From a virus, in the UHGV virus genome UHGV-0274280: a stretch of DNA of 15,876 bases; one strand, given 5' to 3'. The notes under the pieces are model-generated. The model worked only from the letters and a program-made list of their open reading frames with translations. It ran no database searches and had not been told where the DNA came from. Position numbers and translations under genes: made by a program. Shown here piece after piece: positions 1 through 7,597 of the stretch; positions within the stretch are counted from its first letter, which is position 1, and every line of letters starts with the position of its first letter.

Positions 1-143
1 GTATATACAAACCCACAAACCAAATTTTCGTTCATAGCATATATTAAGTTTGTAAGATTGATTCCGTTATTTTCAATCGAACTGACGATTTTATGTTCAT
101 GCAAAGACATTTTATCAGATTTATTTTTAATTAAATTATTCAT
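1..143 (-). CDS. hypothetical protein, 5' part only (gene continues beyond window start)
   Basis: ATG at 143 with AAGGAG 6 nt upstream; frame stays open to the window edge (MNNLIKNKSDKMSLHEHKIVSSIENNGINLTNLIYAMNENLVCGFVY...). The ATG lies 8 nt inside the upstream recombinase gene, suggesting translational coupling. Not in the ORF track because under 60 aa within the window. AT-rich. Confidence 0.35.
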   Translation of the reverse strand, partial: MNNLIKNKSDKMSLHEHKIVSSIENNGINLTNLIYAMNENLVCGFVY

Positions 144-1338
144 CAAATTCTCCTTTGAATAGTTGCTCTTGTTGTTCAAGTGCAGTTTTTTTCGATAGCT
201 CATAAATATGCCTGCGATTATAAATCATTGAAGTTTCTGAACCCGGTCGCCATCCCATGAGATAAGAACGGATTTGTTGCTCTTTTTCATCGGATATGTC
301 CTGATTCTTGTCTATTGCTTTCGAAAACTCATAATTCCATGTATGTCTGAGTTTGTGACCTGTCAATCCCCCTAGAAGTGAGGAGGATTGACGAACAACA
401 CTCACCACTTTGTGATATGAAGAAAATGAAATAGGTTGCCCTTGAGTTTTTCCTTCCTTATAAGTAATAAACAGGAAATCATGTTTGTTAGAATTTTTTA
501 TGTTTCTTCGATCATTCAGAATATAATCTGAAATTTCAAACATGAGCTTTTTATCAGCAATTAATTTCCTCTCACAAGTTTTAACTAAAGGCTGATACAC
601 TCGCGGATCTGTTTTATCATTTGCTCTTCTTCTTATTGCAATTGTCGATTCTGCAAAATCTATATCACCCATTCGCAGATTCAAAAGTTCACCTGCTCTC
701 AGGCCAAAGCAGTGTAATAGCAGGAATATTAGATTGTTTCTTTTTTGCACTTTTTCTGAAAATGGATTTAATTTGCTACCCGGTGCAAGAATGCTAAACA
801 AAGAATCCAATTGTTCATTATTTAAACTTTTTTCTTTATCCATAGTATATTTATCATTATTTCTCGGTTTCTTTCGTTTTATGTTGTTAATGAAATCTAA
901 AATATATTTGAGAGTATCCTTCTGTCCTGTATGAGAAAGATGTATTTTGCACAGCCATTCCAGATAGTTAGCTATGGTTGTTATCCGAAAGTACTTAGTT
1001 GGTTTTTTGACATTTGAACTTCTAAAATTATCATTCTCGCCATCTCGAAAATTGAATGAAGTGAATTCGATCAAATCTTCAATTTCATGAGGAGCCAGAA
1101 ATATCCTTTTCTGAATTCTTTCATCAATATTGATATTTTTTCTCATAAAGAATCGATATAACAATGAAATGCTCCCAGCGATAACCTTCATTGTTGATAT
1201 AGACTCTGACCGATTCCTGACTTGTGTTGTTATATACAAGTTTGGATAATACAATGGCTCACCAGTATCTTTATTTACAACATGACAATATCTCTCACCA
1301 TTTTCGAACATAAAAGAATCCACACAAATACTGCACAT
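136..1338 (-). CDS. tyrosine-type site-specific recombinase / integrase-family protein (400 aa)
   Basis: Catalytic-domain signatures of the tyrosine recombinase family: box I-like LLLHCFGLRAGELLNLRMGDID (Arg), HKLRHTW (H-x-x-R), C-terminal SMIYNRRHIYE (candidate Tyr). ATG at 1338 with AGGAGG 5 nt upstream. Very AT-rich, unlike the other two integrases. Confidence 0.65.
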   Translation of the reverse strand: MCSICVDSFMFENGERYCHVVNKDTGEPLYYPNLYITTQVRNRSESISTMKVIAGSISLLYRFFMRKNINIDERIQKRIFLAPHEIEDLIEFTSFNFRDGENDNFRSSNVKKPTKYFRITTIANYLEWLCKIHLSHTGQKDTLKYILDFINNIKRKKPRNNDKYTMDKEKSLNNEQLDSLFSILAPGSKLNPFSEKVQKRNNLIFLLLHCFGLRAGELLNLRMGDIDFAESTIAIRRRANDKTDPRVYQPLVKTCERKLIADKKLMFEISDYILNDRRNIKNSNKHDFLFITYKEGKTQGQPISFSSYHKVVSVVRQSSSLLGGLTGHKLRHTWNYEFSKAIDKNQDISDEKEQQIRSYLMGWRPGSETSMIYNRRHIYELSKKTALEQQEQLFKGEFDE

Positions 1339-1446
1339 ATTTTCCTCCTAAACTTTACAAAAAGTATAATTCCAATATATTAATAATAAGCATTTCGTAG
1401 ATTTACAAATTTATTTGGATCGATTAAGATATTTATTTAAATTAAA

Positions 1447-1539
1447 ACAGTGAGATAGACGATTATTCTTGTCAAATTATCATCTGGTAGATCTAGTTAT
1501 TATTATGTACACCTAATACTTTGAAAACTATCTCACTGT
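1447..1539. repeat. perfect 12-bp inverted repeat pair (ACAGTGAGATAG at 1447-1458, CTATCTCACTGT at 1528-1539) flanking a 69-bp spacer
   Basis: Read directly from the sequence; lies in the 5' intergenic region of the recombinase gene. Confidence 0.7.
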
Positions 1540-1620
1540 CTTGCTAATAAACGGCAACCAAAATAATGTAAGTTATTTTGTAAGGTTTTAAGCCAAAATA
1601 TGGGGCCAAACTTTACATTT

Positions 1621-1935
1621 TTACAAAAGAGTTTTCAGCCCAATCTGATATCGAATTATCCGTTTCGATAAATTTCTAATTTCATCTGGGCATTTAATTA
1701 GCGAGAACCATGTTTCATACACATAAAACTGTTCGAAAATATTAAGCTCAGAGATCGAATCTAACGGTTCTCTTAGATTCCCCACTAAATACTGGCTTAA
1801 CCAGTAAACAATCTTTCTGTTAAATTCATTATCAGGTAAATCGTAAATCGCTCCGGGTTCGAAGATTTTACAGAAAAGTTCCTGGCCCAGATTACACATA
1901 TGGTTATCTTCACTCACAAATTCTTCGATATTCAT
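1621..1935 (-). CDS. hypothetical protein (104 aa from ATG at 1935; the ORF track starts 5 codons earlier at a TTG)
   Basis: ATG at 1935 with GGGAGG 6 nt upstream; only 20 nt after the alpA stop, so probably co-transcribed. AT-rich, no recognisable motif. Confidence 0.45.
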   Translation of the reverse strand: MNIEEFVSEDNHMCNLGQELFCKIFEPGAIYDLPDNEFNRKIVYWLSQYLVGNLREPLDSISELNIFEQFYVYETWFSLIKCPDEIRNLSKRIIRYQIGLKTLL

Positions 1936-1955
1936 AACATGCCTCCCCAAATTAA

Positions 1956-2171
1956 CTAAGCAACATTATTTCGACTTGTTTCGATAACAGACTGAATCCA
2001 GGCATCAATCTCACTTTCGACGAAAGCTACTGCACGAGTTCCAATTTTGACAGGGGCAGGAAACTTACCATCTTTGATCAGACGATAGACCCAGGCTTTG
2101 CCGAAACCAGTTCGTTTCAAGACTTCGGGTAAACGAATTAAGCTTTGATTGGTTGTATCGGTTGTATTCAT
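1956..2171 (-). CDS. alpA: AlpA-family phage transcriptional regulator / excisionase-like HTH protein (71 aa)
   Basis: LIRLPEVLKRTGFGKAWVYRLIKDGKFPAPVKIGTRAVAFVESEIDAWI follows the AlpA pattern (RLPEV..TG.....Y......FP.P.K.G.R.....E...W). Strong RBS GGAGGAGG 7 nt upstream of the ATG at 2171. Confidence 0.75.
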   Translation of the reverse strand: MNTTDTTNQSLIRLPEVLKRTGFGKAWVYRLIKDGKFPAPVKIGTRAVAFVESEIDAWIQSVIETSRNNVA

Positions 2172-2337
2172 TTGGCTACCTCCTCCGCTTCCGTTACGAA
2201 GATATTAGCCACACAGATTCGTATCTATGAAGGGAATGCTGATAACTGAAAAGTTAGATGAGGGAATAATGAAAGGAAATTCCGGGGAAGAAAAATATTT
2301 ACGCCCTCCCCTTGACAATTAACATGATGATTTACAA

Positions 2338-3147
2338 CTAGAAAGATCCGAGTTCCGAAATCGGTATGTTGCGGAGATGGCTGTTTTTGCTGATAAAATA
2401 TTCCAGACTACGGGTTGTTTCGCCATTCAATGACTTCTCTGCAACAGGCCTATCTGTATCTTTAATGTGATCTTCTCCTCTGATCTCATTTGTAAAGTCG
2501 GGATACAAGACACGAGACAAGACCATATTTGAGATTTTTACTTTTTTAAACTTTGCCCAAATCAATAAATCCATCATTGGGATAATATTGTAATCGACAA
2601 GTTTTCTTATTTTTGCAAGTCCAATTTTTTCTGTTTTCACTGGCTCAATTTCATATTCTTTTCTAAGATCTGGTAGCATCGTTTGTAAGGCTGTTATAAT
2701 TTCTTCATCGCTGGACATTCCTAAATCAAATGAAACATACATCTTGCTGCTATTTTGGTTTAGAAAAAAGTCCCTCATAGTTTTTGTAATTGGTTTCTTT
2801 TTCAACTCTTTTTTGAAATCGCCATTTTCTTCAAAAAAATCCATGCTAAACATTATTAACTTGTTCTCTAATTTTTTTATATCACCAAAGCTAACTTGCG
2901 CAACATGCCTTTGGCCCTTGCCAAAATGACCATGATTATTATCTTGTCTGCTTAAAATAGGATTACCTTCAAGGATAGACCTTAAATTTTGATTATCATC
3001 TTCCCATCCAAAATTTACACTGTCGAAAATCGCTTCTCTAAAGGCAAGCTCAGTATGCAGTTCTTTGATTGTAAGTGATTTTAACTGCTCATAGTTTTCG
3101 AGACTAAACCAGCTTTTTAATTCTTCATAAGGGCTTACTACTTTCAT
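2338..3147 (-). CDS. hypothetical protein, orphan cargo gene (269 aa from first ATG at 3147; 276 aa if the TTG at 3168 is used)
   Basis: Long ORF in AT-rich DNA between the P4-type integrase and alpA; GGAGG about 5 nt upstream of the ATG at 3147. No family recognised by eye. Confidence 0.5.
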   Translation of the reverse strand: MKVVSPYEELKSWFSLENYEQLKSLTIKELHTELAFREAIFDSVNFGWEDDNQNLRSILEGNPILSRQDNNHGHFGKGQRHVAQVSFGDIKKLENKLIMFSMDFFEENGDFKKELKKKPITKTMRDFFLNQNSSKMYVSFDLGMSSDEEIITALQTMLPDLRKEYEIEPVKTEKIGLAKIRKLVDYNIIPMMDLLIWAKFKKVKISNMVLSRVLYPDFTNEIRGEDHIKDTDRPVAEKSLNGETTRSLEYFISKNSHLRNIPISELGSF

Positions 3148-3204
3148 TAATCCCTCCACTGTATTCAAAGCTTGAATGAGTTAACACTGCTTATTTGAAT
3201 TAAT

Positions 3205-3232
3205 TCTCCCTTAACAAGATTGATAAGGGAGA
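3205..3232 (-). terminator. putative hairpin downstream of the P4-type integrase gene (8-bp stem TCTCCCTT / AAGGGAGA, 12-nt loop)
   Basis: Inverted repeat 27 bp past the int stop, followed on the minus strand by A/U-rich but not U-run sequence, so a weak intrinsic terminator at best. Confidence 0.3.
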
Positions 3233-3258
3233 GCGATTGATCATCTACTTATTCATAG

Positions 3259-4509
3259 TTAACTCTTTTTAAAATCAAATGGTGAAACTTGTCGTATTCT
3301 AAGGAGGTCAAGGTAATCGGCCCACCACTGCAACATAAGCTTTCTCTCATCAAGGTGCTCTGCTTTATGTATGTACGCAGCACGAACTGAGTTCCGCTCC
3401 TGATGGCTCATTTGCCGTTCAACAGCATCTTTCGACCACAAACCGGATTCAATTAAAGCACTACAAGCCATAGCTCTGAATCCATGTCCACAGACCTCCA
3501 CGGTTGTGTCATAGCCCATAGACCTCAAAGCCTTGTTTACCGTATTTTCACTCATGGGCTTTCTGAAATCATGGTCGCCAATGAACACGAGTTCATGGTC
3601 ACCGCTGATCTCTTTAATTTCCGTCAACACAGCCAATGCCTGACAACTCAAAGGAACAAGGTGTGGAGTTCGCATTTTCGAACCACGATGCGAATGTTTC
3701 ACTCCGGGTAATGGCTCTCGCTCTGCAGGAATAGTCCACATGGCATTGTCGAAATCTATCTCTGACCAACGAGCAAACCTGAGTTCACTCGAACGAATAA
3801 AAATGAGCAATGTAAGCTTTACGGCTAACTTCGTGAGCTTTCTACCTTTGAATATTTCAATTCGCTCTAGGAGTTCAGAGAAGCGATCAAACGGTAATGC
3901 CGGTCGGTGGGTTCTTTTTGCTACAGCAATAGCCCCAGACATTTCTTGGGCCGGATTATAGTCAATTAAGCCATTCTGGACGGCATATCGCAAAATTGCT
4001 GTGGTTCGTTGTTGTAGACGGGCTGCTACTTCTAACCGTCCAGAAGCTTCAACAACCTTGATCGGAACGAGTAGATCCTTGGTTTTAAGCTCGGCTATTT
4101 TTCTCTTTCCTATGAAAGAGAAAAGGTTATCTTCAAGGCTCTTTAAAACCCTCTCACTATGGGAATCTGACCATTTCCTTTTACAGGCAGTATGCCAGTC
4201 CCTTGCAACAGCTTCGAATGTCAGGGCTTCGCTTTGCTCGATTTTGTCTGCTTTTTTCTTTTCTGAGGGGTCGAGACCAAGCGATACTAATTTTTTGGCT
4301 TCATCCCGTTTCTTGCGGGCTTCACTAAGAGAGACCATTGGATAAACACCCAATGCTAAAACTTTCTGTTTGCCATCGAAACGGTATTGGAGTCGCCAGT
4401 ACTTCGAGCCGTTAGGATTGATCAGCAGGTGCATACCCTGCCCATCGGTGAGTTTGAAGGGTTTGTCGGAGGGCTTGGTAGTCCTAACTTTGATATCGGT
4501 GAGAGCCAT
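3259..4509 (-). CDS. int: P4 / CP4-57-type tyrosine integrase (416 aa)
   Basis: N-terminal arm-binding region (KPSDKPFKLTDGQGMHLLINPNGSKYWRLQYRFDGKQKVLALGVYPMVSLSEARKKRDEAKKLVSLGLDP) typical of P4-like integrases; catalytic region with HGFRAMACSAL and ...RAAYIH. ATG at 4509 with GGAGG 9 nt upstream. Confidence 0.85.
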   Translation of the reverse strand: MALTDIKVRTTKPSDKPFKLTDGQGMHLLINPNGSKYWRLQYRFDGKQKVLALGVYPMVSLSEARKKRDEAKKLVSLGLDPSEKKKADKIEQSEALTFEAVARDWHTACKRKWSDSHSERVLKSLEDNLFSFIGKRKIAELKTKDLLVPIKVVEASGRLEVAARLQQRTTAILRYAVQNGLIDYNPAQEMSGAIAVAKRTHRPALPFDRFSELLERIEIFKGRKLTKLAVKLTLLIFIRSSELRFARWSEIDFDNAMWTIPAEREPLPGVKHSHRGSKMRTPHLVPLSCQALAVLTEIKEISGDHELVFIGDHDFRKPMSENTVNKALRSMGYDTTVEVCGHGFRAMACSALIESGLWSKDAVERQMSHQERNSVRAAYIHKAEHLDERKLMLQWWADYLDLLRIRQVSPFDFKKS

Positions 4510-4601
4510 CAGTTGATACCTCCAGTGTTGGTACCAAAATCAATCGAACCGGGAATACCATCAGTTATACCATCATCAGTTGGTATATGTTCAAGGAATT
4601 G

Positions 4602-4681
4602 AGTAGACGTAGACAGACTAAGAAAAGCCAGAAACCTGCTTAACTTACTGTTTTTATGGACTAAAGTAGACGTTAGTAGAC
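4602..4681 (+). repeat. direct repeats AGTAGACGT (4602-4610, 4665-4673) and AGTAGAC (4675-4681); putative arm-type integrase binding sites
   Basis: Three copies of the 7-mer core, two spaced 10 bp apart, between the integrase start and the tRNA-end fragment, where att arm sites are expected. Confidence 0.4.
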
Positions 4682-4698
4682 TTGAAAAAAGCTTTGTA

Positions 4699-4729
4699 TG
4701 GTGCCGAAGGCCGGACTCGAACCGGCACG
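4699..4729 (-). other. 31-nt tRNA 3'-end fragment (T-arm, acceptor 3' strand, CCA); leuX / tRNA-Leu-like; putative att core or direct repeat
   Basis: Reverse complement reads CGTGCCGGTTCGAGTCCGGCCTTCGGCACCA: T-stem GCCGG/CCGGC, T-loop TTCGAGT, CCA end. It matches my recollection of the last 31 nt of E. coli leuX. The upstream sequence does not supply the complementary acceptor 5' strand (GCCGAAG), so this is not a complete tRNA gene. Confidence 0.6.
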
Positions 4730-4862
4730 GGTTTAGGCGGCTTAGCTTGCTTCAATAATCATCGTTAACTCGTTGAACTAGCTAGAATAAAGCTCATAAC
4801 CCCGGCACATTTCACAGACTGTTTAGCCATGAAAAAGCCCCGACAACATAACCGGGGTTTGT

Positions 4863-6071
4863 ATGAGTTTCAAGAGAGATCGTTATCTAGTTTTAGATCC
4901 CTGCGGGAATTACCTCGTGCGGATAGCTATCCCCAGCTATATGCGTCACCTGTTCCAAGGGAAACGCTACTTTATGAAAAGCACAGGGACACGAGACATA
5001 CGGCAAGCGCGATTGTTTCGCGATGCTATTGCTCTGGAATGGACTCGCTTACGGAATCTGCTAAAGCCACAAGGCGGCTCATCTGTAGACCAAATCATTG
5101 ATGAGCTACGCCGTGTCAGTGTGTACGCCAAGGAAGCCCCCGCATCGTTTGGTGCATCGATTCAGGCTTGCCCTTCCTTGCTAAAAATGCGTGATTTGTA
5201 CCTGCTTCAATACAGCGAGAAGCGAAAGCTAACCACGCTATCCAAGACCAATAAAGCCGTAGAGGTGCTGTTAACCCACCTGAAAAAGAAAGATGTTCAG
5301 TTGCGAGATATTAACCGAACCATAGTTACAGGCTGGTTAGATAAACTCAAAACTGAGCGAGCGCCCCAAACCATCCAGAACTATATCAGTGCACTGGCGC
5401 AGATATGGGATTTGGCACGCAATCGCTATCACGATGCGCCACAGGATAACCCTTGGCGTGGTCATGCACTCGAAGCAAAAAGCAGCAAGGTCAGCTATGA
5501 AGTCTTCGCACCGGGAGAGCTGGCAAAGGTCTATACCTTGCTTGATGACGAGATGAAGGCGGTAACGGCTATTGGTGCTTACAGCGGTATGCGGATCAAT
5601 GAAATATGTACGCTGCGTGAGAGCAGTATTAAAACCATCGAGGGCGTTTTGTGCTTTGAGATCACCGAGGGGAAGACCAAGAGCGCGGCACGAATCGTCC
5701 CAGTACACAGCAAGCTAATCCCCCTCGTGAAATCATTGCTCAAAACCACACATAGCGGTTTTCTGTTCTATCACGCGTCAATTACAGACCGGGCGGATGG
5801 GAAGCGCTCAACGTGGCATACGCAGCAGTTCACACGGGCAAAGCGTAAAGCTCTTGGCGAACTTGCCGCAGAGAGAAAAGTGTTTCACTCACTCCGCCAT
5901 GCGTTTGTGCAACAACTCGACCGTGCTCAAGTGCCAGAAGATAGGATCGCTCTGCTTGTAGGCCACGAACGAGGTAGCACTGAGAGTTTTAAGACATATT
6001 CAAAAAACGCAGCATCCCCTTTAGAGATGCGCCGGTATATTGAATTAATAGATTATGAATTAATTAAATGA
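4863..6071 (+). CDS. int: tyrosine-type phage integrase (402 aa), different family from the P4-type one
   Basis: N-terminal YLVRIAIPSYMRHLFQGKRYFMKSTGTRDIRQARL pattern common to phage/island integrases; C-terminal HSLRHAF (H-x-x-R) and LLVGHERGSTESFKTYSK (candidate Tyr). Transcribed away from the tRNA fragment. Confidence 0.8.
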   Translation: MSFKRDRYLVLDPCGNYLVRIAIPSYMRHLFQGKRYFMKSTGTRDIRQARLFRDAIALEWTRLRNLLKPQGGSSVDQIIDELRRVSVYAKEAPASFGASIQACPSLLKMRDLYLLQYSEKRKLTTLSKTNKAVEVLLTHLKKKDVQLRDINRTIVTGWLDKLKTERAPQTIQNYISALAQIWDLARNRYHDAPQDNPWRGHALEAKSSKVSYEVFAPGELAKVYTLLDDEMKAVTAIGAYSGMRINEICTLRESSIKTIEGVLCFEITEGKTKSAARIVPVHSKLIPLVKSLLKTTHSGFLFYHASITDRADGKRSTWHTQQFTRAKRKALGELAAERKVFHSLRHAFVQQLDRAQVPEDRIALLVGHERGSTESFKTYSKNAASPLEMRRYIELIDYELIK

Positions 6072-6084
6072 AATGCTTAGAGAA

Positions 6085-6106
6085 GAAGCCGAATAATATC
6101 GGCTTC
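6085..6106 (-). terminator. putative intrinsic terminator hairpin (GAAGCCGA-ATAATA-TCGGCTTC) between the convergent integrase and 157-aa genes
   Basis: 8-bp GC-rich stem with 6-nt loop directly after the stop of the minus-strand 157-aa gene and 14 nt after the integrase stop; U-rich stretch follows on the minus-strand transcript. Confidence 0.4.
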
Positions 6107-6580
6107 CTATGCAGCCGCTTCTGTTATACGTTCTCGATATTGTTTAGCTTCATCTATCCACATTTGTATTGCTTCTTGATTGTCCCAATTTGCATGGGCA
6201 TCATGATCAATAAAATCAACAATATAGTAGTGCCTTGTACCTGAGAATACAAAATACGAATATATCAAATAGCTGTTACTTTTACATTTCCATTGTACCA
6301 GTGGATGCCCATTGTCATCCTCCCAGACACTGTCTTCCTGCCTCACATGTAGATGTGTTAAACCTTCTCTTTTCTGATGATACGGCTTATCTTCATCAAC
6401 ATTGTCCCTATCTCTGCCAAAGAGCAGCGAAATAGATGCAAAAAGTTTTTGGATGGAATATCGGGGGCGGGAATGCTCTGCACTTAGTTGCTTATAGCGA
6501 CAGAACTCCTGATAAAAAGGAAGAAACTCGCCATCATTGGCGAGTTTTTCACAGCAATCAAACTCAATTGCAAGCGGCAT
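6107..6580 (-). CDS. hypothetical protein (157 aa), AT-rich moron gene
   Basis: ORF whose ATG at 6580 lies inside the 3' end of the upstream small ORF; AT-rich relative to the flanking operon; no family recognised. Confidence 0.5.
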   Translation of the reverse strand: MPLAIEFDCCEKLANDGEFLPFYQEFCRYKQLSAEHSRPRYSIQKLFASISLLFGRDRDNVDEDKPYHQKREGLTHLHVRQEDSVWEDDNGHPLVQWKCKSNSYLIYSYFVFSGTRHYYIVDFIDHDAHANWDNQEAIQMWIDEAKQYRERITEAAA

Positions 6581-6719
6581 GTACTTTACTGTATTCAGCT
6601 AAACGCTCATCAGTTTCTCTGGAACTTTTACGCGCTACAGTACGCGTTGTCTTGATAAGAGCATTCAGAGCATCCCTACTCATACCAGTCGATACGGGGC
6701 TGATTTTCGCCTTTGTCAT
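6564..6719 (-). CDS. hypothetical small protein (51 aa; start chosen at ATG 6719)
   Basis: ATG at 6719 with AGGAGG 7 nt upstream (aacAGGAGGtacaatATG); its 3' end overlaps the start of the 157-aa gene by 17 nt. The ORF track extends it to 6758 without RBS support. Confidence 0.4.
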   Translation of the reverse strand: MTKAKISPVSTGMSRDALNALIKTTRTVARKSSRETDERLAEYSKVHAACN

Positions 6720-6780
6720 ATTGTACCTCCTGTTTTTCGGTGATTGGCCTGCACACATTGTAGGCAGTTATTTTAAGTGG

Positions 6781-6809
6781 AGATTACGCAATCTACATCA
6801 ATCCGTCAA
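6781..6809 (-). promoter_or_regulatory. candidate sigma70-like promoter for the 51-aa/157-aa pair (-35 TTGACG, 17-bp spacer, -10 TAATCT)
   Basis: Hexamers read on the minus strand about 60 nt upstream of the ATG at 6719; the -10 matches consensus at only 3 of 6 positions. Confidence 0.25.
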
Positions 6810-6896
6810 GAATTGTTTTAAATACGAGCAAGTAAATAGGCAGCCACAGCAACATGTAACCTCATGAAAATAAAATAAATAGAGCCATGACCAATG

Positions 6897-7325
6897 TTAT
6901 GCTGGATAAATAATACCCAGCCCCTTGTAGTGGCGGCGGTAGGCTGGTAGCATGAAATTCATGCTACCGGGTGAGAGTCCACACACCCGCCCTACATAAT
7001 AGCCACCCTCAGCAGCATTAGCAGAGCGATGCACCACAGCACGCACGCGCCCGGTTCGGTGGCAGTGATCCAGCACGGCAGACGCAAGGCGCAGCGGCTT
7101 ACCTGTCACCGCACAGCGTCGGTATTGATAATTCCACAGGAAGACACGGACAGCGGCCACATCAGCGCGGCGCAACTCCAGCCGCCCGGAACCATTCAAC
7201 AGGAAGCGATAAACATCTTCGAATGCAGCAGCGTTTGTAATCCGTTCCGCCAGTGGCATATTGCCAAGGTGTTCCAGATAGCCCCGCATAGCTTTTCTTA
7301 ATAGCTGGTCTGTCCGTGTAACCAT
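6897..7325 (-). CDS. endonuclease VII-like (T4 gp49-type Holliday-junction resolvase family) protein, divergent (142 aa)
   Basis: CAVTGKPL...LDHCHRTGRVRAVVHRSANAAEG resembles the Endo VII core (C..C...LDHDH..G.VRGLLC..CN.AEG) but the second Cys pair is replaced by His/Ala. Confidence 0.55.
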   Translation of the reverse strand: MVTRTDQLLRKAMRGYLEHLGNMPLAERITNAAAFEDVYRFLLNGSGRLELRRADVAAVRVFLWNYQYRRCAVTGKPLRLASAVLDHCHRTGRVRAVVHRSANAAEGGYYVGRVCGLSPGSMNFMLPAYRRHYKGLGIIYPA

Positions 7326-7597
7326 GATTCAAAGTCTCCATTGTCAGATGAAGCCCGCTTGCAGGCTTCATATTCTTCGCACTGGCGCTGGCGTACCAAA
7401 GCATAAAGCTCATCGGCCAACGCATTAACGCGTTCGTCACTGATACCATTGCGGCGCATTAGCCCCAGCAGCTTACGAAACTCAGCTTCAAGCTCAGGCT
7501 CTCCGGTATCTATTACCCACTGTTTCAGGTAAGCAAGTGTGCCAGTCATTGGCGGCGGCTCGATGTACCGCCACCTTAATTTAATTGTGGTTATCAT
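7298..7597 (-). CDS. hypothetical protein (99 aa from ATG at 7597)
   Basis: ATG at 7597 with GAGAGGA about 9 nt upstream; overlaps the neighbouring genes at both ends. The ORF track's longer start at 7645 lacks an RBS. Confidence 0.4.
   Translation of the reverse strand: MITTIKLRWRYIEPPPMTGTLAYLKQWVIDTGEPELEAEFRKLLGLMRRNGISDERVNALADELYALVRQRQCEEYEACKRASSDNGDFESWLHGQTSY

Noticed and set aside
1354-1627. Recurrent TTTACAAA motifs (1354, 1402, 1620) near the recombinase
   Set aside because: The region is extremely AT-rich, so A/T-only 8-mers recur by chance; one copy lies inside coding sequence.
2312-2340. Plus-strand TTGACA with a weak -10 (TACAAC) 17 bp downstream
   Set aside because: It would drive transcription antisense into the 276-aa gene with no plus-strand ORF to serve; the -10 is poor.
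4146-4158. CTCACTATGGGAA, resembling a T7 promoter core, on the plus strand
   Set aside because: Lacks the A of TATAG, lies inside the integrase coding sequence, and has no supporting context.
3484-4602. Plus-strand ORFs of 71-114 aa inside and around the P4-type integrase gene
   Set aside because: Antisense shadow frames of a well-supported minus-strand gene.
4699-4790. A complete tRNA gene at the integrase junction
   Set aside because: Only the T-arm, acceptor 3' strand and CCA are present; the sequence where the acceptor 5' strand, D-arm and anticodon arm should be has no complementarity to the 3' strand.
4829-5708. ORFs 4829-5101 (+) and 5337-5708 (-) overlapping the second integrase
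   Set aside because: Alternative-frame and antisense artefacts within an integrase gene that has clear family motifs.
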